Shown: one piece after another, positions 38,201 through 51,617 of the stretch
Layout: every line of letters begins with the position of its first letter
How positions within the stretch are numbered: the first letter of the stretch is position 1
Assembly (NCBI RefSeq): GCF_964355755.1
Contig: NC_092673.1
Span: 19,775,648-19,839,647 of the forward strand
Length of the DNA: 64,000 nt
Direction of reading: 5' to 3'
DNA from: Antedon mediterranea
Lineage: Eukaryota > Animalia > Echinodermata
The notes under the pieces: generated by a model
What the model saw: the letters and a program-made list of their open reading frames with translations, nothing else
Database searches by the model: none
Told to the model about the DNA's origin: nothing
Program-made: the position numbers and the translations under genes

Positions 38201-41200
38201 TCTCCACAAAGATGGATTTCCTTTGCACTGATGCCTGACAGAAAAGATTAAGATTACTATGGACTATAAATTATAAATTTTTTCTCTTTTTATTCAATTT
38301 GAGTATTCATTATACTCATCAGAAAACAAGGAGTCGCATATCATGCATAACAATTACCCAAAAGAGCACGAGTCCACGCCCAGCCTCGACTTGGATCACG
38401 CAACATCTGAATTTCATCTATTACAGCAATATCATCTGAATTATAAAGAATAAATAAATAATTAGAATAATTAGTAAATTCAACAAAACAAAAAAATATT
38501 AATCTTTTTTAATTCAATTATTTCAATTACATAAAGTCTAGAACTTCTGTGGAGACTCTGAATTCTGTTGAAAATGAAACGTGCGACTACACAACAATTT
38601 AAATTCTATATATCAAATAATATCGTGAGGTAAATTCCCGATTGATCGTAATCAAAACGGTACTGGGTATGGTCTACTAGATTTTCTGCTCCCAACCAGT
38701 ACATCCATTCATAGAAGCCTTGATGAAGCAAGCCTACCTGGTGGTAACCATAGAACGGTTCCGAGATAACGACTATACTTCAGCTTTAGTCGATAGAAGA
38801 TTGAAATATTGTTAGAGATAGAGTATACGATGCTTGATTATGTGTAGATGTGTGATTTGTTCTATTATCCAAATGATGTTCCGCATATAGGAGATGAAGA
38901 TAGTAGGCGTGGTTGGGTGTAATGATTTTGTATATTAAATAATTATCCTACACTGCATATTATGCGATAAATAAAATTTTATATATTTTAAAAATATTTA
39001 TTGTTATGATTATAATATTAATAAAAATATATTAGTATAAATTTTAAAAATAAAATATAGATATAAAGAAGAAAAGCAAAGAGATTATGGAGCGGCTATT
39101 CCTGAATATACAATAATAAGTATCGTAAGTTTAATTTATAAATTTTAGGCGATCTTGTCAAAGGTCAAGCGCCTATAGCCTGCCACGTTTCGATATTCAA
39201 TATTGAACTTGACCTGACGTGGTTCCACAATATCTTTATATGAATATGGTAGAGTGGATAGAAACATAAATTAATTTAAATTTAAAAAGTTTACCTTAAT
39301 AACTGGTTTTGAACTGAATCGGTTGATGTCTTATCGTTGTATATATGATTTGGTTTGGTTTAAAATTATGTTCGATAAAGTGCGTATGCGTATAGAATGA
39401 AATGCTCGCGTTACGATGTACGCGTGTAATGTTGTTTATATCGTATAATAGATAAAGTATGAAAATATAGAAGGTATATGGTAGAAAAAATAAAAAAGTA
39501 GTTTAGGATGTAGAAATAGGAAAAGTTTGTTAGTGCCAAAGTGTAGATTTTGAATGCGAGAAATGACTTGATGGTACAGTCCAACTAGAGTCCTATGTCG
39601 GCACCTAGGCCTATATAACGTCGTGAGGTAAATTCCTGATTGATCGTAATCAAAACGGTACTGGGTATGGTCTACTAGATTTTCTGCTCCCAACCAGTAC
39701 ATCCATTCATAGAAGCCATATACTGTATCTATGGGTAAAACTTGCATACTACTGTATGTCACATTCTGTGTAGCTTGACATCAATACTGTATGTGATATC
39801 GATTTTCGATGCGTTTCGACGTGTAGATTACATTTAAGATTTATTCATTGAAAATTAAGTTGTTAAGCGTGGCACAGAACACATTTCACCAGCAAAACTT
39901 AAACATAAATTATTCAAGAAAATTCAGACAGAGTGTTAGCATAAAACTGTTTCAAGAAAATGTTGGCTATGCCTAGGTAAAATGATTTTGCCAAAATGAA
40001 AAAAGCTATAAATTCAAATGTATCTGTATTCATGTTGTGACACAGATACGTTTGAATTTATTTATACACGGGTTTGCCAAAACTCTCTAATGTCTTACAA
40101 GGTTGCGTAGTGCTGGTCATCTCAACGGTACAAGCCACATGACCTGAAGGATGACCTTGTGGGTCAGCAAACCGTCTTTCCTCTCCTGTTATAAGATCAC
40201 ATTTTATACCCTAAAAAAAGATAGAAAAACGATAATTTTAATTTCTTTTATTTCTGAAATGTTTCATCCATATCAAAAAACAGAAAAAGAAAAAAGAAAG
40301 TTATATACAGTTGAACACTTTTAAGGAGCAACAAGAATATTACAACTATTCAGCATACATTGCATGAAACTATAAATAGATTTGTGCATATACTCATTAA
40401 AAGAAGGGGCACCATGTTCAATATATATTCAGGTATATTTATTCATAAAAAAAGAAATCAATAATACAACGGCAGTCAAAAGGCTGAAAAGTAGTATTTT
40501 ACTAAATTTGATAAACAATAAACATCATAATAAAATCATCATAATATTTGATAATAAACATCATTCAAGATTCAAGATTCAAGAAATTTAATTTGTCCAT
40601 AAAAATGGAAATTCACTTTGCTTGGTAGATTAAAACAACAATATTGCAACAATTTAAAACGTGCAGAATTATAACAGATTAAAAATACAAGATAAAAAGT
40701 TAAAAATACTGTTAAAAATGTAAAACTATTTAAAAATTGCATTAACGTCTTACATTAGAATTAAAAATATGAATGCTATTTACAACGAAGGATTTTCTAG
40801 TTCTACAAAGATTTGCTCTTGGAGGTCGTAGCCTAATGCCTGATCTATTTAAGTTATAACAGTAATGTAACGGATGAGTGGGGTCTTTCATAATATTGTT
40901 TACTTTTTTTAAAATACATCACATACTGGCACTACTGCTTCTAGAGACATTCAGTATACAGTATTATCATAATCTATGGTATAGCATTCACAATAAAAAA
41001 AGGTGAATTTTGAAAAAAAAACTTACTCTTTCATTGGTTTTTCTATGTACTTCGTTCGCCAACAGTTTTAAAGGTCCACAATAGACGCCAGTTTCGGCTT
41101 TTGAGAAGCTCTCAAGAGCATGATATGTCTTACCACTGTTAGTTGGGCCAGCATGGAAGATGATTTTCCGGTCAACGGCTCTAGCTCCAGGGTACCTTGA

Positions 41201-43078
41201 ATAATGGAAATCATGAAAAGATAGAATAAAACAATGTAATCTGTCAGAAGGACAAATGAAAATGTTGTAGCATTGTTAATAACATTCACATAATAATAAA
41301 AATATTCATTTATATATAGCGCTTATTGCACAATGCTTCACATTATTAAACCGGTCATTTTTTGGATGAAACATAATATGGAAACATACTGCAGCTAGCA
41401 ATCAGCGCAAAGTTGTGTCTTGATCTAACAGGGTAACCATTTATCCTGGGTGGAGAGAGGCAAACTTGCCTAAAGATACAAGTAATGCGGCAAGAGTTGG
41501 ATTCATTCTCACGATCAGTAATCCAACATTCAACACTGCACCACATGCCCTCACATAAACAATGTAATAATACACTCTGATTATTGGCATATAGTAAAAT
41601 TGTGTGTCTATGCTTTGAAGTAATTTCTACTTCAGTTAAAATTGTTACCTTTACCTACCAATTAGCAGGATCAGTGAGGTCACTAATCTTCTTTAAGTCT
41701 TCAATACAATCCAAGTGAGGAAACACCCTTCTTGCATGCTCAAGAAAGTAGGGTAGAATGTCATCTACATGACCTCCGCCGACAAGAATGTCACTAAGTA
41801 CAATGTGTAGGTCAGGCTCAAGCGATTCAGATTCAGCTATATACTTCCTAAAACTAACAAATGCTTGATGAAATAAATATTCTGAAAGAAGAATGAAAGA
41901 AGCTGGGATTAAAACTGTATAAAACCTCTGTTATAGTGCATTTGACAGTGTAATTTTTACTGACTAAATGTAGTTTGCCTTTTTGATATTTTATCAAAAT
42001 GTCTGAATTGACAATGATAATGATAAGTCTATAGAATATTGTTAAATTTTTCAAATATTTAGAATTTAAAAAAAGTAAAAAGACAGTGACATACTTTATG
42101 GGTCAGGGGTACTGTATTCATTTAATATACCCCTTTTCAGATTGCCCACCATGACACCTGTGTTTGCATGGTGTACGCACTATGTGGTAAAACCTTGATT
42201 TTGCTAGGTGATGCGAAAGGGGTATTATTGCATTCCCTCCCAGTACTATGTGCATAAATGATGTATTTGTAAAAGAACAATATATACCATCTAAACCATT
42301 TTCTGCTGCAACACCTCTAATTTCCCTTCTCTTTGAAAATGTTGCAAGTAATTCCATCAACTCTTCTGAAAATAAAACGGCATCACAATCCAATCACAAG
42401 CTTCATAAATATTAGTTTATTATTTACCAATAATTAACTTATTTATTTTATATTAATAATAATATTCATAAAATTATGTGTTGTGTTCCTAACAAACAAA
42501 AAAGGGAATACTTTTAACATTCTTTACCATGTACAGTATCTAGTTGGTAAGGCCAGGTCTAGTAAGAACTTTTAATTAGGTCTAGTTAGGCCTATAATAA
42601 ATTGGGCCTAGGCCCTAGATTCATCTTCAATTTGCCATTCATCATAATATGAATTAATTATATGATATATTTATATTATTATTAAATATTATATATTTTA
42701 AATTTATATATTAAACCTACCTGTCTTTTTTGACAAATCTGTTCCAAATTCTTCCCCGATATTTATGTCATCTGGATTACTTGTAATTTTTACTGGAACT
42801 GGAATAAACAGAGCCGATGGCTTTTTACCATTCTTTTTGTTACTGTAGGACCGCGTATTTAGGTTGTTTTCATCTGACTGAACGCATCCAGTGGGAAATA
42901 CCAGTCTCTTCCCGGATAAACATTTCGAAATTCTGGGCCTAGGGCTAGAAAGTCTATCCGTTGGACGACTGCTGAACAATCGAAGGCTGCAATTGACTGG
43001 CCTACTGTGTTGTACTAATAAAAACGTGGAACAAGACAAGATTTTATCGAGACATCTAACACATATATTACTGTTCAT
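32295..43078 (-). CDS. SUPV3L1: ATP-dependent RNA helicase SUV3, mitochondrial (about 13 exons)
   Basis: Exons about 42720-43078, 42288-42367, 41657-41853, 41026-41196, 40098-40211, 38357-38436, 37961-38235, 37495-37590, 34892-35195, 34277-34452, 33678-33825, 33033-33225 and 32295-32450. Motifs [41 protein letters not shown]-terminal [12 protein letters not shown]; Arg/Ser-rich presequence. Confidence 0.96.
34535..34695. mobile_element. MITE, probably PIF/Harbinger-like
   Basis: TIRs AGCTCTGTCTACAC.ATCAAACT ... AGTTTGATAGTGTGGACAGAGCT; other copies at about 1622-1700, 4478-4637 and 32898-33022. Confidence 0.75.
35218..35750. mobile_element. MITE with GGACTTTTAGAT..ATCTAAAAGTCC TIRs
   Basis: Inverted ends plus subterminal CATGTCCAC..GTC / GACCATGTGGACGTG symmetry; superfamily uncertain. 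Confidence 0.6.
35754..37258 (+). mobile_element. Solo LTR (1.5 kb) with 5-bp TSD
   Basis: CTATT-TGTCAC ... GTGACA-CTATT; TATATAAA at 35841; AATAAA at about 35968 and 36036; three ~120-bp internal tandem repeats at 36370-36680. Confidence 0.85.
37730..37945. repeat. Dispersed repeat (Crypton-like non-autonomous type); inverted copy at about 43855-44015
   Basis: GTCATTTGATTGGATGATTGTGGGTCACATGGCGTG matches the reverse complement of 43953-43990. The superfamily assignment is tentative. Confidence 0.5.
38624..39718 (+). repeat. Pair of ~96-bp near-identical direct repeats about 1 kb apart in a SUV3 intron
   Basis: TCGTGAGGTAAATTCC..CATTCATAGAAGCC at 38624-38719 and 39621-39718. Confidence 0.85.
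40563..40918 (-). mobile_element. 3' fragment of a Rex1/Babar-like LINE
   Basis: The minus strand encodes [45 protein letters not shown], followed by a (TCTTGAA)n tail. Confidence 0.75.
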
Positions 43079-44094
43079 TGCACTGTGTTTAATAAGATAT
43101 TCAAGCTAGATTTTAGGACTAACTTTTTACAAAACACAATCCTGTCGTAAAAAAACACATGGGTTTTTTGTGCTTCGACTAAAAGAAGGTTTGCGGTCTA
43201 GGAAAGTGTTAAAACAACGATTCAATTCATCAAGGCCCGAATGTAATATTCGAACACTAATAACGCTTCCTTCGAATAAAACGCCCCCTAAATAGAACAT
43301 CATTTGGAATAAAAACGTCCCCCTCGAATAAACGTTTATTTATTTCCTCGAATAAACGCCCAGCAGCCACATGACGTATTATATACACAAAATTGTAGGC
43401 CTACATTACATTACAACATTTGTAATGAGTATTATTTGCATGCAAATATAATACTCATTACAAATGTTGCTAAATCTTGGAAGTTGTCATTTGAGATTTG
43501 TTTTCTTTAGTTTATTTTTTTGTTTATTTTACAGTACAGTCAAACAAGTATTACTTATTGTTATTCACTTTTACCACAATTTGGATCGAAAAAAAAATAT
43601 TACCTGAAAAAACTGTAATTTAAAGCAAAAAATAGTCCGACTGTCGAAGCTAATAGTTGATGAGGATTTTTATTTCACATTTTTAAATATTCATAATCTA
43701 TGTTTGATCTTGTTCGTTGTAATAATGTAGCTTTTGTAAACAGTACATCAACTTTCACTCCCAAACAATTCAAAAATCTTTATGTGGTTGGTATAACATT
43801 GTATACAAATAATGAATGTTATGGGTGTAATGGTACAAAATAATGGCATGAGGTGAATGATGAAAGGTTATATATCAACGTTTTTTTTTTCGTACGCAAA
43901 AATGTTTCAAAAAGTACTATTAAACGATCGTTTAATAGTGCGTACACATAGTCACGCCATGTGACCCACAATCGTCCAATCAAATGACAGGAATTTATTT
44001 AGGTTATATAAAATCTAATAATTCCTGTCGTAGTATGGAGATGACTATTACAATAATAGCTTTTTACAGTAGGCATTTCATGTGTAAAATTGAA

Positions 44095-44215
44095 CAAGGC
44101 CAACAGCCATAAGTCGCGTGCTAAAACGCATAGTGATACCGGACCGACAGACAGACAGACCGACCGACATAGTGAACTATAGAGTCGCGTCCACGCGACT
44201 AAAAAGAAAAAAAAA
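44095..44215 (-). mobile_element. Helentron/DINE-like short element
   Basis: (GACA/GACC)n microsatellite and terminal hairpin AGTCGCGTCCACGCGACT next to an A/T run. Confidence 0.55.
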
Positions 44216-44777
44216 AGTATATATGGATTACTTAGTACTGTATCTTTAAATTTTCCAATTCCTGTGTCACATGTGGCACAGAATTATCCTAAGATACTGT
44301 CAAGAATGACATGTGGAGATATAAGCCGCAGTACAGAAAATTAAATGAAATATGGAAGGATGCTGTGATCTTTTAAAATAACGCCTAAACTGAAAACATA
44401 TTGTTTTTTTATTTGGGATTTGTGTACCCAACAGGTATCCCCGGATTTCAGGATTGGAAGGCAAGCACGTTAACCACTAAGCTATCAGCTAGCTAGACTA
44501 TGGTGTTTGATGCCCCTCCCTTCACCCACCATGATTAAGAAATAAAATATTTATACTACTCGTAATTAAATTAAATATGTAACTGGAAAATACCAAAAAG
44601 GACACCTACTAAATTTGACACAGGTATGTACTAATTTGATTTTTTTAGATGATTTTTTAATAGTGTAAATACTATAGAGAAAATAAAATATATTTTATAC
44701 TATTTATAGAGCTTTTAAATATTTATGAGAATAATTTAAACTTGTGACCTATCAAACAAAGGAGATTATCGATCATA

Positions 44778-44919
44778 TCACGTGATTTTGGAAGACCAAG
44801 ATGGATACCAAGCGGATGGGGTGTGGTTGTGGTTTATATTCAGAAATCCGCTAAATTATCCAGAAATCGAAAGAATCAGTTATTCTATGATGTAAAAAAA
44901 ACATAAAAAAAGGGTAAGT
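44778..44919 (+). promoter_or_regulatory. Possible promoter and non-coding first exon of a + strand transcript
   Basis: TCACGTGA E-box, CAAGATGG YY1-like motif and strong donor GG|GTAAGT at about 44914; all three frames are closed. Confidence 0.35.
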
Positions 44920-45745
44920 TATTTGAATAGCTAGGCTAACAAATACTCACTTACTATCCAATAAAACCTTCTTTAGGGCAACAATCCATACTCACATAGC
45001 AAGACCCGGTACCTACTAGTACTACTACTGGCAGTGGTGTAGCGCGCTCCAGGTACAGGTAGTAAAGTTAGGGCCTTTAGGCCTATACACTATTTAGACT
45101 TATTTCCGGGTTCGTATAAACCTCGGAGAACACGATCAGGTCCACAACAGAAATAAGCATGATTTAGCTGGTTCAGAATGAAACTTTTATCGAAATAATA
45201 TGTTGTTCAATCATGTCTTTTATTTGATATTTATTACTTTTTCCATTTACCTTTTATACTTACTACTAGCCTTTCTTAAGTCTTAGGCCTTCTTTGTAAG
45301 GTGCTGAAACTTTCAGCTTCCCTCCCCTATGATTGTGTATGCCAAAGTTGTAAATGTTTTCAAGACTTGAATCAAATCATTATTGCCTTGAAGTTTATTA
45401 ATACCATAAACATTTTTTCCCTTCAAATAATCAATTGAAATGTATCTTAACCATCTGCACACTCTATGTTCTTTTATTGTCTGTTGTCTGTAACATGATC
45501 TGATTGGTTGAATCTTTTCAGACATAAAATGACTGACAAAATTAAAACAGTACTACTATTTCTCACAGACATCAGTAAACTAAACTTTGTGAGGCCCGTT
45601 GTGAGGTCAGCAGACAATCTACTGAAAGGTATTTATTTCCTTGTACACTGTCAGTCAGTGAAGAGTGAGAATGGTCAGACAAGTAGCCGCAGGGCCGTAA
45701 CCAGGTTTGACGGCGGGGTGGATCGTTAAGTTGTTTAGTGGAACC

Positions 45746-48700
45746 CAGGGGCGGATCCAGGATATTGAAATAGGGGTGGCGTAGATTTGCGAGCGAAGCG
45801 AGCAAACATTGGCTGGGGGCCAGGGGGCCGACGGCCCCTGGAAATTTTTGGCGTTCTAGCGCATTGTAAGTCGTTTAAAACGATTTACAAACATCTCATA
45901 ATATCATTTACCAAACACTCTAAAGCGATCGCAAATTACGACATGTGGAATATGCAGCTGATACTTACCTAGGGTACCAAAAGCATTACCTAGGGTACCA
46001 AAAGCAAGCTAACAACTTGCCTGTACTTTACATCTAAATTTTTACAACGCGACGATGTTTTTCACCGTTAATTATTATAAACTTGTCCTAGCCTAGGCCG
46101 GTATTATTTTTTACACGCGCGCCGGGTCGATCGCGGTCACTATACTTCGCATGCAGCTAAAGTAAAATGACGTCACGTTAAAGCGGGTCGTCACAGAGTC
46201 TATGGTCTCATGCATATTAATGAAGCAAACTTGCTGAGAGTGTTTTCTCCACGCAACACATGCGACGCGAGATTTATCGAAACTCCGAGCCATCGACTGA
46301 CGGTCATGTTTTTGACAATTAAAATCCAGTGGTGGCGCCAGCGGGGGGGGGGGGGGGGGGGCTACGGGGGCTCTAGCTTCCTCGTCGGGGAGCCTAGCCA
46401 ACCCGTCGGGGAACACGGGTACTTTTTGTCAGGGAATATAACATACAGTAAAAAACGTTCGCGTTCACTTCATATAGCTTCAGCGCCTAGAAAACCACGA
46501 CGTTCCATTGACCGTGAGAGTACGTCAGAGGGCTTTTATGCACTTTTATGCATTCATTATTGCCAGAGATCTAACTACTAAACAATAGCTAGTACGCACT
46601 TGTTTGGTGGTATCCCTTTGTACGAATCGTTCACCGTTGGGTCGAGACGCGTGATATCATGTTCCATCCAGGGACCAAAATGTGTAATGTAGTTATTTTC
46701 CAGGCGAAGTTTACCGACGGTTACCGAAGGGAACACGGGTACTTTTTGTCGGGGAATATAATATACAGTAAAAAACGTTCGCGTTCACTTGGTAGCTTCA
46801 GCGCCTAGAAAACCGCGACGTCTCATTGACCGTGATAGTACGTCAGAGTGCTATTATGCAATTTATATGCATTCATTATTGCCAGCGATCTAACTTACTA
46901 CTAAACATTAGCTAGGTACGCACTTGTCTGGCGGTATCCCTTTGTACGAATCGTTCAACGTTGGGTCGAGACGCGTGATATCAAGTTCCATCCAGGGACC
47001 AAAATGTGTAATGTAGTTATTTTCCAGGCGAAGTTTACCGACGGTTCGGGTACTTTTTGTCGGGGAATATAATTCGTTCGCGTTCACTTCGTAGCTTCAG
47101 CGCCTAGAAAACCTCGACGTTTCATTGACCGTGAGAGTACGTCAGAGTGATATTATGCACTTTCTATGCATTCATTATTGCCAGCGATCTAACTTACTAC
47201 TAAACAATAGCTATAGGTACGCACTTGGCTGGCGGTATCCCTTTGTACGAATCGTTCAACGTTGGGTCGTGATATCATATCAAAATGTGTACTGTAGTTA
47301 GTTTCCAGGCGAAGTTTACCGACGGTTACGTCGTGTACTGTGTCGACGTACGCTACACTACAGCAAAAAAAAATATGTTCACCAATTTTTTAATTTACAA
47401 GTAACCTTCTGTACCGTGGGGCACCTAAAATAAATATTTCATCCATTACTAAACAAAAAAACATGCCATTTTCGCTTAGCCAACATCTTATTATAGCTAA
47501 GTTATTACATTTTCAATGTCCTGTATGTCATGAATACAAATACAAAAAATACAAAATTTCCCCGACTGAAAAAGGTCTACGCTTGCGTTTTTTAAGCCTC
47601 TGGGCCTGATGTTTCCAAAGTATAAAATGCAATTTTTTGAAGACCTGCAGCTCTAGTTTTAAACATTTTCTTAGCTCAGCCCCAACAATAAAGCTGGTCA
47701 TATTTCGAAGTACAAGAAGTGCATTTTCCGGGACCTAACATCTCTATTTTTCAAACATTTCTTAGCTCAGTCACAACCATGATAGGGACTTATATATTTT
47801 GTTTCATGTTTTGAAGTATAATAAGTCCAATTTCCAGGACCTCCAACTCTATTTTTCTAAATTTTCTTTGAACTTTTATTTTTTAAATTGAAAAATATGG
47901 ATTGAAACAGTAATCGCGCATCGTTTTTTTGCACGCAGTATTTTATTTATGCATTATAAAAAATGGAAAAAATGGCTACCCTAAATCTGAATAAAATGAC
48001 CTCAAATGACGCTAGAACGCGTTGCTTCCGGGGGCTTCGCCCCCTGGACCCCCACCGGGGGGCCCTTGGCGGCCCCCTGGCCCCCAGCCTTGTGATCCTC
48101 GCTTCGCTCGCATAGCCCCCCCTCGTCGGGGAATGTAGCCCCCGCGTCGGGAAGATCCTGGCGCCACATCTGTTAAAATCACGGCATATTCAACGACCTG
48201 GTTTAAACGATCGTTTAAAAATTGGCGGTCCGGCTCGATTACATTATATTTAGTGATTTGAAAAAAACAAAACACCTCTTTTGTCATGATGTCATCGCGA
48301 TGTGTTTATGAGAATCATCGACGGGAAAGCAAATAAAACAACAAGGGTCATGAAATGCTGCAGCATTGTTAATATTTTAATAGTAATACGTTTTAATAAA
48401 ATTTAGCCCTAACGGGATAATTTTCATAGGCATACAGTCCTAGCCTTTGTTTTTATTGTACTTAATAAATGGGCGCGTAGTATAGTAGCACTGACCATGT
48501 GGCTTCATCAACATTGATCGTCTGAGGTACCGCTACTCTACAATACGGGAGTGACGATCACAAAGGATGCCGACCTGCTTAGTGGAACGCGACCAAGCTC
48601 ACCACGTGGCTTTTATCAACTTGCTCCTTTTACACTTAACTGTGAATGATCGTTGGTAACGCTAGAGATTGATAGTACACAAAGGATGTCGACGTACATG

Positions 48701-48858
48701 CTTGGTGGAATGCGATCAAGCTGACGATGTGCTCCGACGTACTATTTTCACTATGAAAATGTGCAAACCATCGGTGATTGATGACCGTCGAAACGATACG
48801 TGTTTTTAAAATCTATTTAATTTTTTAAAAAAATATGCCCCCGCTAGATCCGCCACTG
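45746..48858. mobile_element. Non-autonomous hAT-like element with 5-bp TSD (hAT5-type)
   Basis: GAACC-CAGGGGCGGATCCAG ... CTAGATCCGCCACTG-GAACC. Confidence 0.8.
46327..48172. mobile_element. Nested non-autonomous hAT element with 8-bp TSD, carrying three ~315-bp tandem repeats
   Basis: TTAAAATC-CAGTGGTGGCGCCAG ... CTGGCGCCACATCTG-TTAAAATC; repeats at 46409-46728, 46729-47047 and 47048-47330. Confidence 0.9.
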
Positions 48859-48895
48859 GAACCATACCCTCGAAATTTTTTTCTCTATAGGCCTA

Positions 48896-49830
48896 CCAGC
48901 AAACAATTTTACGTTTTGGTAACGTTATAATTACGTTATTTTTTGGTTATAAAAACGTTTTCTAATAACGTTGTACGAACGCAAAAATGTCGACCTTTTT
49001 ATACGACTTTATAACGTCCAAAATAACGTTCAAAATAACGTGTTTATAACGTTTTTTGAACGTCCTCAATAATGTTCATAAATAACGTGTTAAATACGTA
49101 TTTATAACTTCTACAATAACGTTGCACGAACGAGAAAATGTCGACCTTTTTATACGACTTTTTAACGTCCAAAATAACGTGTTTATAACGTTTTTTGAAC
49201 GTCCTCAATAATGTTCAGAAATAACGTGTTAAATACGTATTTATAACTTCTACAATAACGTTGCACGAACGAGAAAATGTCGACCTTTTTATACGACTTT
49301 ATAACGTCCAAAATAACATTCAAAATAACGTGTTTATAACGTCTTTTGAACGTCATCAATAATGTTCATAAATAACGTATTCAAAACGTATATACAAGTT
49401 CTGCAATAACGTTGATAAAAAACGTGTCCTAAACGTTTTTTTAACGTTTTATGTAATGTTTGTAAATGACGTGTTTGCAACATGTTTTTAACGTCCAAAA
49501 TAACATTCATACATAACGTATGCAACGCGTTTTTATAACGTCCTAAAAATGTTCACAATTAACGTGTTAGGAACGTGCCTTCTACGTTTGTAAATGACGT
49601 ATTTGCTACGTGTTTTTAACGTTCTCAATGTTTTTAAATAACGTATGTAAGGCGTAATTATGACTTTCGCACATACGAACTAGTAACGTTCATTATAACG
49701 TACCAGATACATTTTCAAATCGTAGTTTGATAATGTTACATCATAAACTTTTTACCACTGACGACGTATTTATAACGTCCATATTTGACGTCCTGAAAAT
49801 GTAATACTAGTTATATACAACGATTTGGCT
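48896..49830. mobile_element. Terminus of a CMC/EnSpm-like transposon with a subterminal AACGT-rich array
   Basis: Starts CCAGCAAACA; dozens of TAACGT/ACGTT motifs arranged in ~130-140-bp higher-order repeats. Confidence 0.65.
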
Positions 49831-50154
49831 AACGTTACCACATATTATATATAGTGTTCTGCAGATATACGCGTTACATAGCTCGTTATTTGTTAAAACA
49901 TGTAGTTAGTACTGTATAAGACATATAAAAACAAGCAATTTAAAATGAAATATTGTTTTTGATTTATTCTATTATCTGATTAAAAAAAGACATACAGTAT
50001 TGCAAATAGCTTAAGAGGTAGGAACTTGATTATTATTAGAGAGCTTTCGCTATTTTTGATCAGGAACGAGAACCAGCAGTAATTACCCGTTCTCGATGAT
50101 ACGGAGATCGATAATGAGAAACATTGTTCCTAAACGAGAATGAGCAAATTTGCC

Positions 50155-51617
50155 TATAAGTCGTCCTCCTCTCTGCTGTCTGGCACATTCCGTTCCTGAA
50201 AAGATAACAAATTGTAAAACTAGGTAAATAAAATTATCTCTTAGCAGCAAGTCTTTAAAAAAAAAATTTAAGTGTTACTAGTTTACAAAATTAAATTATT
50301 GTCATTCTAATCGAATTTTCCCCACGTTTAAATTATAAATGATTTTGGCTATTGACTATTTGGTGTTTTTTATGTGGTGGTTGCACATTCCCTATTAAAT
50401 TTACATTACAGTATGTAGTTGTTATGTTTATTTCGTATTGGATAGTGTTGTTGGGTCTAAATACCAAGCCCTATCAGTATAGTACCAGACGTTAGTTGTA
50501 ATTTACTTTATTCCAACATTTGTATCCCGTAACTTTACATTAATTATTCGTTTGAGTGCGATTGTACGAATGTGTTTTATTGCTTTATATACCACTTGGT
50601 GAAACTGAACAATAATGACTAGTATATTTTAGTTTGTAAACTATTTAGTCTTTAAACTGATGCAGACTATAGTAAACTTCATCATTACAATATGAGTGAT
50701 ACGTAAAAGCATGGAGGAATAAGTTATTTCGCCATGGTAAAAAATAAATAAATGATAAATCAAATTAAATTTATTCTTACCTTGTATCTTGAGCCACCTG
50801 GTCTGTTGGGAGCATGCTTCAGTGTTTCAGCAATCTCTATCTCACATTGCTTCAATATTTTGTGGGTGAGCTCGCATACACGATTCTAAAGATGAACAAT
50901 TTGAATGAGAGTTATTAGTCACAATGTACACATTTAAAACTTTAAAATTCGGTATTAGCAGTAAACATTAATGCCATTATGACATAAATTGTTGTTAGTA
51001 AATAAACGACTTATAATTTAGAAAGTTCAGTACTTTTACATTATGCGCGCGCCGAACACATAAGTACTAATGTGCATGAGCACATTTGGTTTTAAGCGTC
51101 TAGTATTATTTGTCTTATTTGACCTCCTTTCACACTTCTTTGTTTTTTTTTAAAGTACAAGTATCCCTATATATTTTTTTCAAATTAGTTTGATTACCTT
51201 ATTGTTTATTACTATGATACCTGTTATCATTGTTTCACATAACTTGTGTGTGAAAAAAATTGAATAAAAGAAAAGAAAAGAAAGAAAACTTGAACTTCAA
51301 ATACAACTTGTTAACGGCTACTTAAAAAAGTCCTACAGAGAAGCGACCGATGTTTCCGTTATTTCTTCTATCTTGTCATTTGCTACGATAATAAAAAAAA
51401 AATATTTCAATAGGCATAGTCTGTGAGAATATACCTGTTATATAACTTGCCAAAAAACAAAGTATAAATATTAGCAACTACTACTGTATACTTGACAACA
51501 TTATTTCGCAAGTACTGTAATAATGAAGGTAACTCAATGTTTAAAATAGAGCAACTATGACTTACTATGTATTGTTACCGACTCTTGAGCCATGCTGTCA
51601 TCACTTTCACTATCATC
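50155..51617 (-). pseudogene. Relic spliced accessory gene of the EnSpm-like element (DUF4806-like C-terminus)
   Basis: Exon about 50781-50885 reads ..EIEIAETLKHAPNRPGGSRYK|GTAAG; last exon about 50155-50196 reads ERNVPDSREEDDL*; small exon about 51578-51617. The middle exons are missing. Confidence 0.5.

Noticed and set aside
38940-39120. NUMT or mitochondrial control region
   Set aside because: It is only AT-rich; no mitochondrial gene or tRNA similarity is visible.
46111-48287. Pro/Gly-rich ORFs at 46111-46581 and 48012-48287
   Set aside because: They arise from G/C runs in hAT subterminal regions.
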